24,082 bases of DNA from Candidatus Heimdallarchaeota archaeon. Lineage in GTDB: Archaea; Asgardarchaeota; Heimdallarchaeia; Heimdallarchaeales; Heimdallarchaeaceae. Positions within the stretch are counted from its first letter, which is position 1. Each line of letters begins with the position of its first letter. The stretch lies in the NCBI GenBank assembly GCA_016840095.1, contig JAEOSZ010000064.1:1-24082 (forward strand), written 5' to 3'. Both the position numbers and the translations under genes were made by a program. The notes under the pieces were generated by a model, which ran no database searches, had not been told where the DNA came from, and saw only the letters and a list, made by a program, of their open reading frames with translations. Positions 1 through 9,328 of this stretch are shown piece after piece.

Positions 1-2
1 AA

Positions 3-521
3 GATGCTGGAAATGAACCAGCATTGGTACTCTGGGGATGTACTGATGTAATTATCTACTACAATGTGTTCATAAACTTAGGAAATAATACAGAATCTCC
101 AGTCGCAGGAGCTGGATCCTCGAACATCAAATGGTACAATGAAACATTGCAAGTAGGGAATCATTACTCAGATTGGAATCAATCAGGAGCGTATAATATT
201 CCAGGAGGAGATGGGAGTATAGACCTATATCCATTCATAGACATAGATGGAGATAGTCTAACTGAAAATGCAGAAGTAGTGATATACCATACAAACCCAT
301 TTGAAGCAGATTCTGATGGCGATGGATTTGACGATTTTATAGAAATTCAAGAAGGTACTAATCCTTTAGATCCAAAAGATTATCCTGGAAAAGGTAGGGT
401 TTTAGCATTAGTTCTAGGTCTTATCTTTGGACTTGGTATTCCGTTTGGTTTAGTGTTTTTCGCTCGTACTACTAAAGGACAAGAAGTTGCACGGAAACTT
501 CTAGGAAAAATCAAGAAGTAA
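3..521 (+). CDS. C-terminal part of a surface protein (NosD/pectin-lyase-like beta-helix family) with DxDGD Ca-binding repeats and C-terminal TM anchor; 5'-truncated by the window edge
   Basis: Frame is open from base 3 (DAGNEPALVLWG...). It aligns with the C-terminus of 1806..3506 (IYYNVF.N.GNN, VGNHYSDWN, DIDGD.L.E, DSDGD.FDD..EIQEGT.PLDPKDYPG.GRVLA). Ends in a hydrophobic helix and Lys-rich tail. Confidence 0.85.
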   Translation, partial: DAGNEPALVLWGCTDVIIYYNVFINLGNNTESPVAGAGSSNIKWYNETLQVGNHYSDWNQSGAYNIPGGDGSIDLYPFIDIDGDSLTENAEVVIYHTNPFEADSDGDGFDDFIEIQEGTNPLDPKDYPGKGRVLALVLGLIFGLGIPFGLVFFARTTKGQEVARKLLGKIKK

Positions 522-567
522 TTGTTTTTCCTCTTCTCTTCTTTTTATATCAAAGAAAAATTATCTC

Positions 568-581
568 AAAGCTTAAGAGAC
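568..581 (+). promoter_or_regulatory. BRE-TATA-like element AAAGCTTAAGAGAC, near-identical to the element upstream of the 1806 gene
   Basis: 13/14 match to AAAGTTTAAGAGAC at 1770..1783. The two start 37 and 36 nt before their ATGs, both in a TACAAAATGACA context. Confidence 0.55.
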
Positions 582-604
582 GAGTGTTTGAATCTTACTA
601 CAAA

Positions 605-807
605 ATGACACCAAAACATCAACAATTAGCTGTTAAGGAGATAAAACGAATACTCAAACCAAATGGATGTGCATTTATATCTGTTGCAAAAGGTTCCATC
701 AGTTATATGAAGAAAGAAGAATGGACAAATTTTTGAGTGAATTTAAAGTGTTAAACAGAGAAGACAAAAGCTCAGAATTAAGAGCTGAAGTGATGTTGAA
801 AAAATAA
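605..807 (+). pseudogene. Truncated, frameshifted class I SAM-dependent methyltransferase remnant (C-terminal portion only)
   Basis: 605..736 reads MTPKHQQLAVKEIKRILKPNGCAFISVAKG...WTNF*, containing the R-x-L-K-P-x-G methyltransferase motif (compare RILKPEGTMLISL in 15494..16096). The -1 frame continues LSEFKVLNREDKSSELRAEVMLKK* to 807. No SAM-binding GxG motif is present. Confidence 0.6.
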
Positions 808-871
808 ATAGATGTTTAATAGAGTAAGGATTTTAACTCGAAAACTATATTTAGAAAAAATTGAAGAAAAA

Positions 872-1660
872 TTATTTCTTCTTTCCAATTGTTACTAAAC
901 CCATTATCAGAAGGGCAAACAACCCATATATCCATTCAAAGGGTACAGCGATTTCCTCTAATCCAGTTTCTAAGACTACTCTAGTTTTTACATCATCTTC
1001 TTTTAGTTCCATATCTATCAATACAGCAACTCCCCACTCAAGATTGAACACAATTTTTAAGTTAAAATCCTTAGTATAAGATCCAAAGAAAAGTTCAATC
1101 CTAATTTTAATTTTCTCTTCAATAGTTAATGTAGTATCAGTTAGTTTGGAACTCACAGTACCATCATCACCTAAATCTAAATCTTTTAAGTAATTATGCA
1201 AGTATTCAAAGAAGTTCTCTTGACCTGTTGGAAGAGTTACTGTTATTGGGAAGATATATAAAATAATAATCTCTGTACTCTGGCCCCAATCAAACCAATC
1301 AATATCGGTAACATTGTCTGTCATCCAAACATCGTTCAGATAAAAATCACACCAGGATACACCTGCTAAGAATAAATCCACGGGGTGAGTAAGTCCTAAA
1401 GTATCCGGATCTTCAGTTACATTGAGTTTAAACAAATCTCCTACATTAATAGGATGACCAGCAACTATCTCCCAATCTTCTGCTTCAGGATCGTTAGTTT
1501 CAAAAGTTTCAAGCCTCCAAGTTATCTCTGTACCTGGAACTATCTTATCAGAGAAACTCATATCAGAAATATCATTCCAACCAGGGGGTTGAGCAGTTAC
1601 TGTGAAGGTGGAGAAAGAAAGCAAGAAGAGGGATAAACAAACATATACAGTTTTTTTCAT
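872..1660 (-). CDS. Secreted, C-terminally membrane-anchored acidic surface protein of unknown function
   Basis: Start moved to ATG 1660 because GGTGA lies 5 nt upstream. Signal peptide MKKTVYVCLSLFLLSFSTFTVTA. C-terminus VPFEW, then a TM helix, then KKK. Confidence 0.8.
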   Translation of the reverse strand: MKKTVYVCLSLFLLSFSTFTVTAQPPGWNDISDMSFSDKIVPGTEITWRLETFETNDPEAEDWEIVAGHPINVGDLFKLNVTEDPDTLGLTHPVDLFLAGVSWCDFYLNDVWMTDNVTDIDWFDWGQSTEIIILYIFPITVTLPTGQENFFEYLHNYLKDLDLGDDGTVSSKLTDTTLTIEEKIKIRIELFFGSYTKDFNLKIVFNLEWGVAVLIDMELKEDDVKTRVVLETGLEEIAVPFEWIYGLFALLIMGLVTIGKKK

Positions 1661-1717
1661 ATTTTTCACCTTTGAGTTACTAAATGGTTGACTCAAGCTA
1701 GTAGCTAACCAAAGAAA

Positions 1718-1732
1718 GTTTATATAGTTTTC
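1718..1732 (-). promoter_or_regulatory. BRE-TATA promoter for 872..1660
   Basis: Minus strand reads GAAAACTATATAAAC about 60 nt upstream of the ATG. Confidence 0.5.
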
Positions 1733-1769
1733 CCATTCAATTTTTCAAACAATCGCATAAGATTATGTA

Positions 1770-1783
1770 AAAGTTTAAGAGAC
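1770..1783 (+). promoter_or_regulatory. BRE-TATA promoter for 1806..3506, probably leaderless or near-leaderless
   Basis: AAAG-TTTAAG about 30 nt before the ATG; no Shine-Dalgarno sequence. Confidence 0.55.
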
Positions 1784-1805
1784 TAACTTAAGTATTTTTT
1801 ACAAA

Positions 1806-3506
1806 ATGACATCTAAAAAGAAATTAAATCTGACATTGAAGATAGGGTTAACTTGTCTTCTAATCATAGCATTCTCATTTCAATTTGCAAACAATGGGGG
1901 TAAAGCGATACAAAATGAGAACTTTCAATCTCCAGAAATAAATGCTTATTCTACATCTGGGATTGTAATAAATGACTCCAATATAGCAACCTATAGTTCT
2001 TCAGGAACTGGAGCAATAAATGATCCATACATCATTGATAAACTTTACATCAATACAACAGATTCTCTTGGTGTAGATTTTAATGGGGTTTCAGCAGGAA
2101 TATTTTATGAACTGCGAGATTCACATCTCATTGGAAGCACATATGGAGTCTATATACATGATATCACTAATGGAGAAGCTACTGTAGTTAACTGTACTAT
2201 TGAAGCAGCTTTAGCCATTGGTGGAGCTAATGCAAAATATCTAACAATCAAGGATTGTACACTCAAATTTACTCAAGCACCAAACTTTAGATATGGACTT
2301 ACTTTCCAAAACAATGATGTATATTACGTTGGGAGTTGGAGTGGTTCTGTGATGAATATTGAGCAGGATAGTAATATAGTAGAGAACAATAACTTTTATG
2401 GAAATTACTCATATTTCAGTGCATCTAGTATTACTAATAGTTCTGTGAGATATAACAATTTGTACAATGCTGGATTCTGGTTTTACACAGAATCTGCAGA
2501 GTATGCTGCAACTAATACTATTTCAACCAACTACATAAATGGAAAATCATTTGGCTATTATTTCAATAGGAATAATGAGATCATTAACGCAGAAAATCAC
2601 GCACAAGTCTATATTGTAAATTCAACTAATACAATCATTGAAAATGCACAATCAGATCATCTAAACCTAGGGATTCAAATTCACCTATGTACTGACATAA
2701 CTGTGAGAGGAGCACACATCTCAGGAGACGATGGTATAGACATTAGAAATTCAAAAGGGATTACAATTGAAAACTCTAATCTCGAAACATTTGATGATGG
2801 TATACAATTAGACACAGTAGAGGATGTAACACTTCTGAATAATTTTGTGAGAGGAGCAGAATATGGAATAGATTGCGAATTAGTAGATGGATTGAAGTTA
2901 TACAATAATACTCTTCTAAACATAGGAGAATTTGGAGTATATCTCATTGATTGTTACAACGTGGAAATGAAATTTAACATCATAACCATAGACGTAAAAA
3001 ATCCAGGATCTGAATTTGCGATGTATTTCTGGAGTATGGAAAATGCTACAATTTACTACAATGTATTCCTTAACATAGGGAATAACTCTGAATCAGCTGT
3101 TTTTGGTGAAGGTTCTACAAATATAATGTGGTATGATGAAACACTAGAAGTAGGGAATCACTACTCAGATTGGAATGGAACAGGCACATATACAATACCA
3201 GGAGATTTAGAAATAGACCTTTATCCATGGATAGACATAGATGGGGATAATTTAACAGAATTCAATGAAGTAATGGTGTATCGCACTTCTCCGTTTGAAA
3301 AAGATTCTGATGGAGATAGCTTCGATGATTATACAGAAATTCAAGAAGGTACAGATCCTCTTGATCCAAAGGATTACCCAGGAAGAGGAAGAGTTTTAGC
3401 TATAGTTCTAGGACTACTATTCGGACTAGGTATTCCAGCGGGAATAGGAGTGTTCTACTTATCAAGAAAAGGTATTATCAAATTTCCATTCTTACAAGAG
3501 AAATGA
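1806..3506 (+). CDS. Surface glycoprotein: signal peptide, right-handed parallel beta-helix (NosD/CASH/pectin-lyase-like), 2 TSP3-like DxDGD repeats, C-terminal TM anchor
   Basis: N-terminal basic plus hydrophobic signal; SSGTG...DPYII motif; repeated GI-x-L/I...I-x-N-N units; many N-x-S/T sequons; DIDGDNL and DSDGDSF repeats; Gly-rich TM helix with basic tail. Confidence 0.85.
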   Translation: MTSKKKLNLTLKIGLTCLLIIAFSFQFANNGGKAIQNENFQSPEINAYSTSGIVINDSNIATYSSSGTGAINDPYIIDKLYINTTDSLGVDFNGVSAGIFYELRDSHLIGSTYGVYIHDITNGEATVVNCTIEAALAIGGANAKYLTIKDCTLKFTQAPNFRYGLTFQNNDVYYVGSWSGSVMNIEQDSNIVENNNFYGNYSYFSASSITNSSVRYNNLYNAGFWFYTESAEYAATNTISTNYINGKSFGYYFNRNNEIINAENHAQVYIVNSTNTIIENAQSDHLNLGIQIHLCTDITVRGAHISGDDGIDIRNSKGITIENSNLETFDDGIQLDTVEDVTLLNNFVRGAEYGIDCELVDGLKLYNNTLLNIGEFGVYLIDCYNVEMKFNIITIDVKNPGSEFAMYFWSMENATIYYNVFLNIGNNSESAVFGEGSTNIMWYDETLEVGNHYSDWNGTGTYTIPGDLEIDLYPWIDIDGDNLTEFNEVMVYRTSPFEKDSDGDSFDDYTEIQEGTDPLDPKDYPGRGRVLAIVLGLLFGLGIPAGIGVFYLSRKGIIKFPFLQEK

Positions 3507-3534
3507 TAAAATTCTCTTCTTTTTTTTCTTTTCT

Positions 3535-4749
3535 TTACTTGCTTTCTTGTTTAGTTAGTATTGCAATCCACGCTTTTATCCCCCAAAAAATAGGAGTAAC
3601 TAGCAGTAATGCAATTATTCCCATAAACAGCACAGAATTCATCTCAAAAATCCCTAGGATAAGAAGTAAAATTGCTGTAACAATATGGATTATACGACCT
3701 CTTAGAAATAGCTGCTTACGGTAATCAGGTATCTGAAGAGTTGATGTCATAATAGCAATACTGAGAAGTACTACAGCTGTTGCTCCAACAAATAGCCATC
3801 TGACTTCAGTGCTCAAAATCTCTTCATTGTGAACTATTACATTTGTTATAGCAGGTCCTATTGCTGCAATGCTAATAGTTAATGGTAAATGAAGATAACC
3901 CCAACCGAAATTTCGTATTAATTCAAGTCTCGGCATTCTTCTAGCAACGAAACTAAAGTATATCCACCACAAACTTATTGCTATCAATACCCCTATGACT
4001 GTAGCTCCCCCTATTAACCATGTTAGATGATGAGCATCAATACCGCTAATAACACCAACAATGACCTCTCCTAATACTATTATCGTAAATAAACCAAACC
4101 TTTCAACACCAGAAGGTTTTCTGAAAGAACTTCTTGTCATCTCTTCCTGCATTTCAGGATTATTTCTACTTAAGAACATTAAGACAAAAGGTAGAAGTAG
4201 GCTAAGGAATAAACCTACACCCCATGTAATCAAATACCAAGGATGAGGTATAAAAGCTGAAGCAATGAAAATAATAGTAACAATTGCAAAAACCAAAGAA
4301 TAAGGTGTTGACAGTAGACGATGGACAGGATCATGACGTCCTGTTCCCCACCACAGATAAGTTACAATGAGGAGAAAAGCTGCATAAGAGAGAGAGAACC
4401 CCATAGCTCCCTCACCGATTGCACTATGTGCAAAAATTGCCATTCCTACAACAGCAAACATCTGTAGAAAGGTAAAAAATCTTGTTCGTAAATCATCTCT
4501 TCCATGAAGTTCATGATAGAGAGAACCATTCAACCATGCCCACCAGATTATAACAAACAGAAATACAAACTTACCTATATTGATTAAACTAATATCAATA
4601 GCTAATGCATGAGCAATTTCTGCTATTATTATTACATATACTAAATCATAAAAAAGTTCTAGAAAAGAAACATGACGATGCTCTTCATCTTCACTAGGTT
4701 TTCTAGGTATAAACCACCATTTTCGGAAGTTCTCTCTCTTAGAGCTCAT
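3535..4749 (-). CDS. ltrA: Low temperature requirement protein A (LtrA) family multi-pass membrane protein
   Basis: Family motifs ELFYDLVYV, WWAW and ERFGLFTIIVLGE; about 12 TM segments; GAGGA ribosome site upstream. Confidence 0.88.
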   Translation of the reverse strand: MSSKRENFRKWWFIPRKPSEDEEHRHVSFLELFYDLVYVIIIAEIAHALAIDISLINIGKFVFLFVIIWWAWLNGSLYHELHGRDDLRTRFFTFLQMFAVVGMAIFAHSAIGEGAMGFSLSYAAFLLIVTYLWWGTGRHDPVHRLLSTPYSLVFAIVTIIFIASAFIPHPWYLITWGVGLFLSLLLPFVLMFLSRNNPEMQEEMTRSSFRKPSGVERFGLFTIIVLGEVIVGVISGIDAHHLTWLIGGATVIGVLIAISLWWIYFSFVARRMPRLELIRNFGWGYLHLPLTISIAAIGPAITNVIVHNEEILSTEVRWLFVGATAVVLLSIAIMTSTLQIPDYRKQLFLRGRIIHIVTAILLLILGIFEMNSVLFMGIIALLLVTPIFWGIKAWIAILTKQESK

Positions 4750-4795
4750 ATCGTCCTCATTGTTTTCTTAATTATGTATTTTTTAGTTTTTCTGA

Positions 4796-5701
4796 TTAAA
4801 TCTCGAACTTTATTCCTGTTAGTTCCTCCGATATTTCCCATAGTTTCTTTGCATCTTCTAAATTATGAGATTTCTTGCTAGATTTTACTTTCTCAGGATA
4901 ACCTCTATTACCCATAAGCTTGGTAGGACCATAATATTCTCCACCTTTAACTTCTGGATCAGTAGCTGCACGTAATATTGAAAGTGTACCTTTAGGTGGT
5001 TTCATTGCTATGATATTGTTCATGAATTTCAGAAAACCAACATGTCTCTGAAGGTTTGTTGCTGTCCATCCAGGGTGTGCTGCCGTACTTATTGTTTGCT
5101 TCCCTGCAGCTTGAAGCTTTCTGTTTAGTTCATAGGTAAATAGTAGATTAGCCAGTTTACTTCTGCCATAAGCTGCTGTCTTATTATAGGATTTTTCCCA
5201 GTTCAGGTCATCAAAATCAATGGTTCCAAACAAATGAGCAGTACTACTCATGTTTACTACACGAGAACTTTCAGTACTTACCATTTTATCAAGTAGTAGA
5301 CCAGTTAGAGCAAAATGTCCAAAGTGATTTGTACCAAGTTGCATTTCGAATCCATCTGGAGATACTTCTTTTTTTGGGAGCATCATTACTCCAGCATTAT
5401 TTACTAGGAGATTTAGTTTGTCATACTTTTCGTTAAATTTGTCAACAAATTTCCTTACAGAAGATAAATCAGATAAATCTAATTGAATAATTTCAAGTGT
5501 TACATCAGGATAATCAGAAAGTATCTCATTTTTAGCTATTTCAGCTTTTTCTAAATTTCTGCAAGCCATAATAACATTAGCACCTTTTCTAGCAAGTGCT
5601 TTGGCAGCTTCAAAACCAGTTCCACTGTTAGAACCAGTTACTATAGCTATTCTTCCTGTTTGATTAGGTATATTCTCAAATTTCCACTTGTTTTTTGACA
5701 T
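4796..5701 (-). CDS. Short-chain dehydrogenase/reductase (retinol dehydrogenase/protochlorophyllide reductase-like)
   Basis: TGSNSGTG, DLSDLSSV, NNAGVM, NHFGHF, catalytic YGRSK, HPG. Confidence 0.92.
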   Translation of the reverse strand: MSKNKWKFENIPNQTGRIAIVTGSNSGTGFEAAKALARKGANVIMACRNLEKAEIAKNEILSDYPDVTLEIIQLDLSDLSSVRKFVDKFNEKYDKLNLLVNNAGVMMLPKKEVSPDGFEMQLGTNHFGHFALTGLLLDKMVSTESSRVVNMSSTAHLFGTIDFDDLNWEKSYNKTAAYGRSKLANLLFTYELNRKLQAAGKQTISTAAHPGWTATNLQRHVGFLKFMNNIIAMKPPKGTLSILRAATDPEVKGGEYYGPTKLMGNRGYPEKVKSSKKSHNLEDAKKLWEISEELTGIKFEI

Positions 5702-5794
5702 TGCTTCTCATCTTCTAGAAATAAATCAATTTATATTTTTTTACAAATGGCAAAAACATAAGAAGAGGATATATTTTCTCCAAGTAGAGACAAA

Positions 5795-6754
5795 ATGTTA
5801 GAAAAAAGAACACTTGGAAAAACAGACATAAAAATATCACCTATAGGTATTGGCGTAATGATGTGGATGTCAGGAAAAGGAATAATGGGTCGCATGGCAC
5901 CTGATCTTACAGATGAAGTCATGAATGACATCATCAAAGAATCATTTGCTGGAGGAATAAACTTCTTCGACACCGCAGAGATGTATGGTTTTGGCAGATC
6001 AGAAACAAATCTAGCCAAAGCTCTGAAAGCTAATGATATCAAAGATGAAGAAGTAATCATTGAAACAAAGTGGGCTCCAATATTAAGAAGAGCAAGAAAC
6101 ATGCGAAGAACTATCAACAAACGTATCAAGTATCTTGAGCCTTACACTATTGATCAATATATGGTGCATCAACCTATCAGCTTTTCATCTATTAAAACTG
6201 AAATGAAAGAACTTGCTAGATTAGTAGAACAAGGAAAAGTCAGATCAGTAGGTGTTAGCAATTATAATGCTAAAAAAATGCGCAAAGCACACGAAGAATT
6301 AGAGAAATTAGGTCTTCCCTTAGCTGCCAATCAAGTTCATTATAGCCTTGTTAGAAGAAACATTGAAACTGATGGCATTCTAGACACTGCTAAAGAACTT
6401 GGTATTACCATCACAGCTTATACACCTCTTGCTGGAGGATTATTAACTGGAAAACTTCACAATAATCCTGATGTAATGAAGAACAAGAATCTTTTCTACC
6501 GAATGGTTGCTAAGAGGAATTTAGAAGAAAGTATTCCATTAGTGGAAACATTGACAGAAATAAGTAAAGCATATGAAGTTCTTCCTGGTCAAGTAGCTCT
6601 CAATTGGTTAGTATCTTATAGTGGAGATACTGTAATAACTATCCCTGGTGCTACAAAAGCTTACCAAGCCAAGGAAGCAGCTGGAGCAATGACTTTCAGT
6701 CTTAGCAAGGCAGAATTAGATGAAATTGCCGAAGTAGCAGAGAGATTTCTGTAG
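5795..6754 (+). CDS. Aldo/keto reductase
   Basis: GINFFDTAEMYG, TK, MVHQP, GVSNY, NQVHYSL, AYTPLAGGLLTGK, IPGA. Confidence 0.92.
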   Translation: MLEKRTLGKTDIKISPIGIGVMMWMSGKGIMGRMAPDLTDEVMNDIIKESFAGGINFFDTAEMYGFGRSETNLAKALKANDIKDEEVIIETKWAPILRRARNMRRTINKRIKYLEPYTIDQYMVHQPISFSSIKTEMKELARLVEQGKVRSVGVSNYNAKKMRKAHEELEKLGLPLAANQVHYSLVRRNIETDGILDTAKELGITITAYTPLAGGLLTGKLHNNPDVMKNKNLFYRMVAKRNLEESIPLVETLTEISKAYEVLPGQVALNWLVSYSGDTVITIPGATKAYQAKEAAGAMTFSLSKAELDEIAEVAERFL

Positions 6755-6864
6755 AATCTAACATCTCTTTTTCACATTTTTTGTTTGACAGTTTTAATGC
6801 AAATAGATAAATACATCAGTTTCAATGAAATCAAAACTGAAGAAGAACTTGAGCTGACTCAACT

Positions 6865-8301
6865 ATGGCTACAGAAGAAATCATTTCTCAAGAAGATAAA
6901 CCATCAGTTCGACAAGTACTCACAAATACAACGTTTATGGTTCTTTTTGCAGCACAGTTTATTGAAAATATCGGCAGAGCAATCTCTGGTTTAGCTATAG
7001 AATTTCTTGTTTTTGAACTAACTGGCAGCCCACTTCTTATGGGCATACTTTCAATAATTTGGTTATCGCCTTTTGTTATTATCGCACCTTTAGCTGGAGC
7101 ATTAGCAGATCGTTTTGATCAAAGAAAAATTATGTTGTATTCTAATATCATAAGTGCTCTTGCTTCAGTAGGTTTTGTAGTAATCTACCTGTTTAAAGAA
7201 CAATTAACATTGATGAAAATGGCTCTAGGACAAGCATCAGCTGTTGGCTCACTTGCTTTTCAACCAACTGCTCCTAACTATTTTCATGTCTTATGGCCTT
7301 TGTTCATTCTTTGCTTCATTAACTCTTCATCAGCTGCATTCTTCTTCCCATCAAGAAATGCTTATACTAGATTAATTGTAAAGAAAAAGAATCTACTAAT
7401 TGCAAATTCAGTTGGTTCATCTGTTTTTCAAATTGCAACCATCTTTGGATTTGTTCTAGCAGGTTTGTTAGCAGCTCGAAGTTATCTATTGAGTTTTATT
7501 TTTGACGCAGGTACTTTTGCAGTATCGGGCATTCTTATTGGAGTCATCTTAGTTATTGGAAAGAAACCTCCAGAAGTTAATAGAGAAAAAACGCAGAATC
7601 TACGACAAGAGTTGAAACAATTTGGTCAAGATATTGCTTTAGGCTATAGAACTACTTTGAAATATCCAAAAATTACTTACATGTTAATAATATTCTCTTT
7701 TCTAACGTTCTCGTTTGGAGCAATAAGTGTTCTATTCATAGTTATACTTCAAGGTGAAATGGGAGTAGGAGCAAAATGGTATGGAATCTTGCAAGCAATG
7801 ATGGGAGCATCAGGAATCATTACGGCCTTAGTTCTAATGAAAATAGGTAAAATCAAACGTAAGATTTTGGTCTTGAATATCACATTTATAGCAGTAACAA
7901 TATCTATGTACATCTTTGCTGTAGTGAGAAATCTTCCTGTAATGGCTATTATCATGTTTAGTTATGGTATCATGTCTGTTTGTATCAATGTTCCATCTTC
8001 AACGCTCATTCAAGAATCTGTTCCCTATGAGTTACAAGGAAGAGTTTTTGGAACTCAACAATTACTTCAAGGAGTTGCACAACTGTTAGGTATGGGGATA
8101 GTATCTCTAATCGCAGAATATGTGTTGCCAATGTATGTTTTATTAGCAAGTTCTGGAATACTCACAATTACAATTGTAATTGGTTTCATCTACTCAAAAA
8201 GCAGAGGGTTAATGGGATCAGATTATTCAGAAAAAATAACAGGGGGAATTGAAACAGCTGTTTCAAGTAGCAGTGCTCCTGGTTTACCAACAGAAGACTA
8301 G
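6865..8301 (+). CDS. MFS transporter (drug/macrolide efflux-like)
   Basis: Motif A GALADRFDQRK, about 12 TM helices, IQESVP...QGRVFG. Confidence 0.9.
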   Translation: MATEEIISQEDKPSVRQVLTNTTFMVLFAAQFIENIGRAISGLAIEFLVFELTGSPLLMGILSIIWLSPFVIIAPLAGALADRFDQRKIMLYSNIISALASVGFVVIYLFKEQLTLMKMALGQASAVGSLAFQPTAPNYFHVLWPLFILCFINSSSAAFFFPSRNAYTRLIVKKKNLLIANSVGSSVFQIATIFGFVLAGLLAARSYLLSFIFDAGTFAVSGILIGVILVIGKKPPEVNREKTQNLRQELKQFGQDIALGYRTTLKYPKITYMLIIFSFLTFSFGAISVLFIVILQGEMGVGAKWYGILQAMMGASGIITALVLMKIGKIKRKILVLNITFIAVTISMYIFAVVRNLPVMAIIMFSYGIMSVCINVPSSTLIQESVPYELQGRVFGTQQLLQGVAQLLGMGIVSLIAEYVLPMYVLLASSGILTITIVIGFIYSKSRGLMGSDYSEKITGGIETAVSSSSAPGLPTED

Positions 8302-8313
8302 AAAAGAAGAAAT

Positions 8314-9168
8314 TTAAGATCGTGGAGGACCTAATTTTACCCATTCTTTCATAGCATCTACTGAAGGTTGCATCAAAGTATTAACATGCTCTAGCCACCA
8401 TGTTATACCAGCATCAATATATTGTTCTATTTGTTCAATTCTTTTTTCTGGATTGAAGAAACCTGTACCAAAAATCATAATTTCAAAAGAATCATCAGTT
8501 TCACGATTTTCCTCTACTATAGAAATAATTTGTCTCAATTCATCTACTGTCAGATCTTGAGGGAAATTCTTGTGAATAGGCATTATTCCATCATATCTTG
8601 CACCTCTTATGAAGGGTTTCTTAGTAGGCCACATTCCACCAAATACCATTGGTATGCGAGGAGATTGTGTAGGTTTGGGTAAGAAAGCTGCTTCTTTAAC
8701 TGTATAATGTTTTCCGGAAAATGAAAATGGTTCTCCAGTCCAAAGACCCTCAATTATAGCTAAACTCTCATCCATTTTTTGTGCAAGGATTCTTAGATTA
8801 TACTCTTCACCAAATGATTCAAATTCAGCTTCAGGACCTCCCAAACCCAGTCCAAGAATCAATCTACCTTTGGAAAGTACATCTAAGGTGGCACTCATTT
8901 TAGCAAACCACCAAGGATTATAGCGAGGAAGTGCAGCAACTCCTGTTCCTATTTTAATTCTATTTGTTTTAGCTGCTATTGCACTCAATAAAATCCATGT
9001 TTCAGTTACAGGATAGATTTGTTGTTTATCATATAGTAAATGATCAGGTAGAAAAATTCCATCCCATCCAGCTTTTTCAGCTTCAATAGCTAACTCAATT
9101 ACAGTTTCTGGATCCGATAGTTCGTTGAAATGAATTAAACTGATCCCATATTTTATATTTGAAGACAT
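8314..9168 (-). CDS. LLM-class (luciferase-like) flavin- or F420-dependent oxidoreductase
   Basis: AEKAGWDGIFLPDH, LSAIAAKTNRIKIGT, ATLDVLSKGRLILGLGLG, PKPTQSPRIP. Confidence 0.9.
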   Translation of the reverse strand: MSSNIKYGISLIHFNELSDPETVIELAIEAEKAGWDGIFLPDHLLYDKQQIYPVTETWILLSAIAAKTNRIKIGTGVAALPRYNPWWFAKMSATLDVLSKGRLILGLGLGGPEAEFESFGEEYNLRILAQKMDESLAIIEGLWTGEPFSFSGKHYTVKEAAFLPKPTQSPRIPMVFGGMWPTKKPFIRGARYDGIMPIHKNFPQDLTVDELRQIISIVEENRETDDSFEIMIFGTGFFNPEKRIEQIEQYIDAGITWWLEHVNTLMQPSVDAMKEWVKLGPPRS

Positions 9169-9328
9169 TTTTTTTCAGATTAGCAGAAGTTGAGACATTC
9201 ATATAATCTTTTTAAGCTTTGACTGGAAGAAGTATAGCTATAAAGTTAAGAGGTTGAACCCTTTCTTTGAAATTTAAGCTGAATGATTTAATCAACACAA
9301 AAAATATAAATTTACCAACTAAATGTAA

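Noticed and set aside
151-3430. DNA similarity between the 3' ends of the first two surface genes as a diversity-generating retroelement TR/VR pair
   Set aside because: Mismatches are mostly third-codon-position and not adenine-specific, both copies are coding, and no reverse transcriptase is present; ordinary paralogy.
9194-9277. Intergenic frame reading ...FDWKKYSYKVKRLNPFFEI*, faintly like the C-terminus of isoprenylcysteine methyltransferase-family proteins
   Set aside because: Only 27 codons, no start codon, overlaps a promoter; too weak without a search.
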